Position numbers and translations under genes: made by a program
Notes under the pieces: generated by a model
Database searches by the model: none
Told to the model about the DNA's origin: nothing
The model's input: the letters and a program-made list of their open reading frames with translations, nothing else
In this document: in pieces, positions 59,101-64,000 of the stretch
Numbering within the stretch: the first letter of the stretch is position 1
Layout of the letters: every line of letters starts with the position of its first letter
Assembly (NCBI GenBank): GCA_002269645.1
Contig: NIVC01003272.1
Location: forward strand, 1-64,000
Direction: 5' to 3'
Source of the DNA: Macrostomum lignano
Lineage: Eukaryota
DNA length: 64,000 nt

Positions 59101-62100
59101 AGGAGAGAGAATATATAAGTGAGTAGAGAAGAGATATGAGAGAGGAAAGACGAGGGGAGAGAGGAGACAGGAGAGAGTAAATTTGAAAGACCTGGGAGAA
59201 GAGATAAAAAAGATAGTACAGATGAGAGGAGAGAGAGAGAGGAGAGATGAGAGATGCAATGAGAAAAGAGATGAGTGAGAAAATAAGAGAGAGAAGAGAT
59301 TAGAGATTAGAGAAGAGATGAGGGGAGATGAGAGTAGAGAAGAGAGAATGGAGAGGAGAGAAAAGAGAAGAGAGGAGACAGGTGATGCAGTAGAAAGGAG
59401 GGAAGAAAGATGGGAGATAAGAAAGGAGAGGGTGAGAGCGTATAAGAGATACGAGAAATGAGAGCAGAGAGAAGAGAGAAAAAAGAAGAGAGAAAGTAGA
59501 GCGGAGACGATAGATAAGTGATTAGAGATTAGATATGAGAGAGGAGAGAAAAGGGGAGAGATAAGATAGAAGATAGGAGAGTAGACAGGATAGGGTACAG
59601 ACGAAAGACGAGGGAGAAGAGATAAATAAGGGAGTAGAGATAAATAAGAGAGTAGGGGTAGAGATGAGATGAGAGAGAGGAGAGAGAAGCGAGTCACGAT
59701 AATAGCGAAGAGAGGAGAGAGTAGATATGAGAGACGTAAGAGTCTTTGAGCTATGGTCTTTGAAAGATTTTGTAAAGAATTTGGAGACGATTTGGAAGAT
59801 AGGGTTAAAGACATGGAATTTCAGTTGATGGATATTTCAGGGAATAGAATTCCGGTGATGGGAGTTCTTCCCCTTTCTCCTCCGAAGGAGGAGTTCCACT
59901 CGTTATATACTAAAGTTGACGCGTTGTTTGTCTGTCTGTCTGTGTGTCTGTCTGTCATTTCGACAACTCCTCCTTGAATAGTGGCAACTCAGCGTTGAAA
60001 CTTATATGGGAAGATTGGAAATTATCCGAGGTCGGCTATAGGCTATTTTAATTCTGAAATTTTAATTTCTAAGATCCTCAAAAAAGCAGAAAACTGCCTT
60101 TTTGACCCCCAATAACCTTCTTTTGCTACTCTGCCTGGGGCTGCAGCCAGTTTGTAAAAATAGCCACCCCAACCTCCGCCCGCGGGCCGCTGTGTATTGA
60201 GGGGTGGTGGGTGCGCGTGTTCTGGGTTCAATGCAAATAAAACCCCCGCGTGTCGGGGGGTTGGGTTAAATTTAATGATTCCCCCGGAACGGGGGGTTGG
60301 GCTTGGGCTGAGTGTACATAGCTGTTGTGAACAGATAAAACTGTGCCGAGATTCAATTGGTTTATTATCGGCCCTGTGTATTAGCTGGGCAGTGAAATTC
60401 AATGAACAAACTTGCGAGTCTGTCAGGCAAGCAGTCGGTAAATTTCAAACGCTAACTGTTCCTCGAGTTTTAAACTTTGAAAAGAGAAACTTATATTGCT
60501 GGAAAGATCTTGCAACGCTGAGTTCGGGGATATAAGTTGTTTGCTTTAAATATGAAAAGAAAAAGCACATCATTAAAAAACGATTTCCATACTTTTAACT
60601 TGCTGCAAAGATTGTACTCAGTTTTGCGAGACGTAATAGATAAAGTTGGGGGAGGGTTTAACTTCTCACAGCTGCTGTGTATTGGAGGGTTGATTTAGAT
60701 TGCGCAATGTTTTTAATAACTTTAACTGAGACTGATACTGACTGACTGTGAAATCAGTTGCGCCATCAATTTGTTTTATTATCTGTGCCTTTCAATAGGC
60801 TGCCCTGTGTAATAGCCGGCCGGTGTAATTAATGAATAAACTTGCGAGCCTCTTTGGCAGGCAGTGAACGTACACTCGATATTTCAATGCTTTAAAACGG
60901 GAACTTTCAAATGCTAACTGCTCTTCGAGTTCTAAACTTTAAGAGAAGAGACTTATACTGCTGAAAAGATCTTGCAACGCTGAGTTCAAGGATATAAATT
61001 GTTTGCTTTAAATATAAAGACTAAAAGCACAGCATAAAAAAACTATTTCCATACTTTTAGCTTTCTGCAAAGATTGTACTCATTTTTAGTTCAATGCCCC
61101 CAACAGTTGGGGGTTCAATTTCTAACTGCCACTGCGTATTGAAAAGGGGTCGGTCTCTGTGTACTGGAGGGTTGATTTAAATTGCGCAATCTTTTTGTTA
61201 ACTTTAACTGAGACTGATACTGACTGACTGAGAAATCGGTTGCGCAATCAATTGATTCAATTGTTTCAATTTTTTTATTTGGACACGCAGCTGTGTGTAG
61301 CTCTAACCCTAACCCTAACCCTAACAATAACCCTAACCAATGAATCCTAATATTTTATTCTTTTTGACGGAGAAAATTTCGATTGAGTCCAGTTTTAAAG
61401 AGATAATTTCGATGGTTTTCAGTTTCACGGAGAGGATTTCTGTTTCGCGGAGAGGATTTCAATGGTTTTCAGTTTCACGGAGAGGATTTCTGCTTCGCGG
61501 AGAGGATCTTGATAGATTTGGCATCTTCAATCAGTCATAAAAGAGAGTAAAGAGAAGATCGAAAAGAGAAGAGAGATGAGATGATAGAAAACAGAGTAGA
61601 AATGAGACGAGAGATTAGACATGACAGATGGGAGAGAAGAGGGGAGTAAGGCGGGAACGAAGGAGAGAAGAGAAGAGGAGAGAGGAGATGAAGGAAGAGG
61701 ATATGAGAGAGGAGATATGAGATAGCAGAGAGGAGACAGGAGAGAGAAGAAAGAAGGGATAAGAGCGTACAGAGGTAATAGAAGAGAGGAAAGAGAGGAG
61801 AGAGGTGAGAGGTGAGAGGAGAGAGATAAAGATCAGAGATCAGAGATTTAAGAGAAGAAAGTAGTGAGGAGAAAGAAGAGGGTAAAGATGAGAGTGCAGA
61901 GAGGAGAGAAACGAGAGGAGACAGGTAGTAGAAAGGAGTGTAAAAAACAGGAGATAAGAAAGGAGAGGGTGAGTGTGAGAGCATATAGGAAAGTGTAAAA
62001 GGGGAGCAGAGGAGAGAGAATAGATAAGTGAGTAGAGAAGAGATATGAGGAGAAGAGATTAGAGATTAGATAAGAGATGAGGGGAGATGAGAGGAGAGAA

Positions 62101-62500
62101 GAGAGAATGGAGAGGAGAAAAAAGAGAGGAGAGGAGACAGGTGATGCAGTAGAAAGGAGGGAAGAAAAATGGGAGATAAGAAAGGAGAGGTGAGAGCGTA
62201 TAAGAGATACGAGAAATGAGAGCAGAGAGAAGAGAGAAAAGGGAAGAGAGAAAGTAGAGCGGAGACGATAGATAAGTGATTAGAGATGAGATATGAGAGA
62301 GGAGAGAAAAGGGGAGAGATAAGATAGAAAATAGGTGAGTAGACAGGAGAGGAGAATAAATAAGGAAATAAGGGAGTAGAGATAAATAAGGGAGTAGAGA
62401 TAAATAAGAGAGTAGGGGTAGAGATGAGATGAGAGAGAGGAGAGAGAAGCGAGTCACGATAATAGCGAAGAGAGGAGAGAGTAGATATGAGAGACGTAAG
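56120..62500. repeat. GA-rich polypurine blocks in units 2-4: 56120-57000, 58655-59750, 61540-62500
   Basis: Homologous ~0.9-1.1-kb AG-rich segments with shared anchor motifs (AGAGTAAAGAGAAG.., GATTAGACATGACAGATGGG). Confidence 0.92.
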
Positions 62501-64000
62501 AGTCTTTGAGCTATGGTCTTTGAAAGGTTTGTAAAGAATTTGGAGACGATTTGGAAGATGGGATTCAAGACATGGAATTTCAGTTGATGGATAATTCAGG
62601 GAATGGAATTCCGGTGATGAGAGTTCTTCCCCTTTCTCCTCCGAAGGAGGAGTTCCACTCGTATATACTAAAGTTGACGCGTTGTTTGTCTGTCTGTATG
62701 TCTGTCTGTATGTCTGTCTGTCATTTCGACAACTCCTCCTTGAATAGTGCCAACTCAGCGTTGAAACTTATATGGGAAGATTGGAAATTATCCGAGGTCG
62801 GCTATAGGCTATTTTAATTCTGAAATTTTAATTTCTAAGATCCTCAAAAAAGCAGAAAACTTGAATCTTGACCTTTGATAATCTTAATTGTCCCCTCTTT
62901 CTGCTTGGAGCTGAAAAATGCATGAATTTTTAGTGATTGCGCCACAACTTTTCCCTATCTCTGTAGTGTATTTTCTCTCCAGTGGGGGTGGGAGCGTTCT
63001 CAGTGGCTGCGTGTGTACACTTGGACCCTGGCTCACTGGCTGACTGTATAGATAATTGCGCAATGATATGGCTACTGATAAGTTTTCCTGCCTTTCAATG
63101 GGCAGTCCTGTGTATTTGTTGGACATTGAAATTCAATGCATCAACTTGCAAGCAGGCAGTGAACGTACACTCGATACTTCAATGCTATAAATCAGACAGT
63201 TTCAAACGCTAACTGTTCCTCGAGTTTTAAACTTTGAGAGGAGAAACTTATATTGCTGGCAAGATCTTGCAACGCTGAGTTCGGGGATATAAGTTGTTTG
63301 CTTTAAATATGAAAAGAAAAAGCACAGCATTTGAAAAACTATTTCCATACTTTTAACTTTCTGCAAAGATTGTACTTTAATCTGCAAAGATTGTTGGGGG
63401 GAGGGTTCAACTTCTCACTGCTGCTGTGTATTGGAGGGTTGATTTAGATTGCGCAATGTTTTTGTTAACTTTACCTGAGGCTGATACTGACTGACTGTGA
63501 AATCGGTTGCGCAATGAATTGATTCAATTAGTTCAATATTTTTATCTGTGCCTTTTAACACGAAGCTGTGCGTAGTTCTAACCCTAACCCTAACCCTAAC
63601 CCTAACCCTAATGAATCTGGCGAGTTGAGTTGTTTGACGGAAAAAATTCGATTAAGTCAAGTTTAGCGGAGACGATTTCAATGTTTAAATTCTGACGGAG
63701 AAGATTTCTGTTTCGTGGAGAGGATTTCGATGATGTTCAGTTTCACGAAAGGATTTCCATGGTGTTCAGTTTCACGGAGAGGATTTCGATCATGTTCAGC
63801 TTCACGGAGAGGCTTTCTGTTTCGCGGAGATAATTTATGATTGATTTCTGTTTTATGGAAACAATTTTGATGGATTTAAGTTTCAAGGAGAGGATTTCGA
63901 AGGAGTCCAGTTTCACTGAGAGGATTTCGATGGTTTTTAGTTGCACAGACAGGATTTTTGCTTCGCGGAGAGGATCTTGATGGATTTGGCATCTTCAATC

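Larger units (their letters stand above)
54419..63611 (-). repeat. Short interstitial (TTAGGG)3-5 tracts, one per Helitron-like unit: 54419-54436, 55610-55633, 58093-58122, 61303-61338, 63578-63611
   Basis: (CTAACC)n on the plus strand at the equivalent position in each unit. Confidence 0.9.
53296..64000 (+). mobile_element. Stack of at least five non-autonomous Helitron-like units: 53322-54697, 54698-57156, 57157-59902, 59903-62661, 62662-end
   Basis: Each unit starts (T)TATATACTAAAGTTGACGCGTTGTTTGTCTGTCTG (AT-rich head plus GTCT microsatellite, Lep1-like). The four complete units end with hairpin CTCCTCC-GAA-GGAGGAG followed 3-6 nt later by CTCG|T. No TSD and no Rep/helicase ORF. Confidence 0.75.

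Noticed and set aside
55703-62568. Long Ser/Leu-rich ORFs up to 358 aa and ILSVKLDSFE-repeat ORFs
   Set aside because: Antisense readings of GA-rich blocks and 30-bp arrays, which lack stops by composition; no Rep/helicase motifs.
54690-62670. Simple rolling-circle concatemer as the origin of the Helitron stack
   Set aside because: Disfavoured rather than excluded: exact circle junctions should read CTCG|TCTA.., but all four lack TCTA, and the units differ in structure.
54419-63611. True telomere or telomere-healing site
   Set aside because: Tracts are only 3-5 units, sit at the same internal position of each repeat unit, and the G-strand points toward the genes rather than the window end.

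Overview
Transposon-dense window from an invertebrate animal genome (spliceosomal introns, TTAGGG-type motifs); the species cannot be determined. 1-11433 is the right ~11.4 kb of a decayed Polinton/Maverick (adintovirus-like endogenous dsDNA virus). It encodes a protein-primed PolB, adenain-type protease, packaging ATPase, major and minor jelly-roll capsid proteins and several membrane-active or orphan ORFs, and ends in the canonical ACTACT terminus. It sits in the 3' LTR of an internally deleted BEL/Pao retrotransposon (11434-15689), whose 5' LTR carries a Harbinger MITE at the equivalent position. There are two host genes on the minus strand: phosphorylase kinase gamma (5 coding exons, 17802-21429) and TMEM86/lysoplasmalogenase (33360-34148, with a candidate micro-exon at 46125-46139). 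The rest consists of a CsRn1-like Gypsy, a Mutator/foldback element, several Tc1/mariner remnants, hairpin MITEs, an RTE LINE fragment and many minisatellites. From 53.3 kb to the end is a stack of at least five non-autonomous Helitron-like units preceded by a (TCTA)5 tract that may record serial self-insertion. Old repeats show a strong CpG and CpA (CAG to TAG) C-to-T signature. All family assignments come from motif recognition by eye; no database searches were run.
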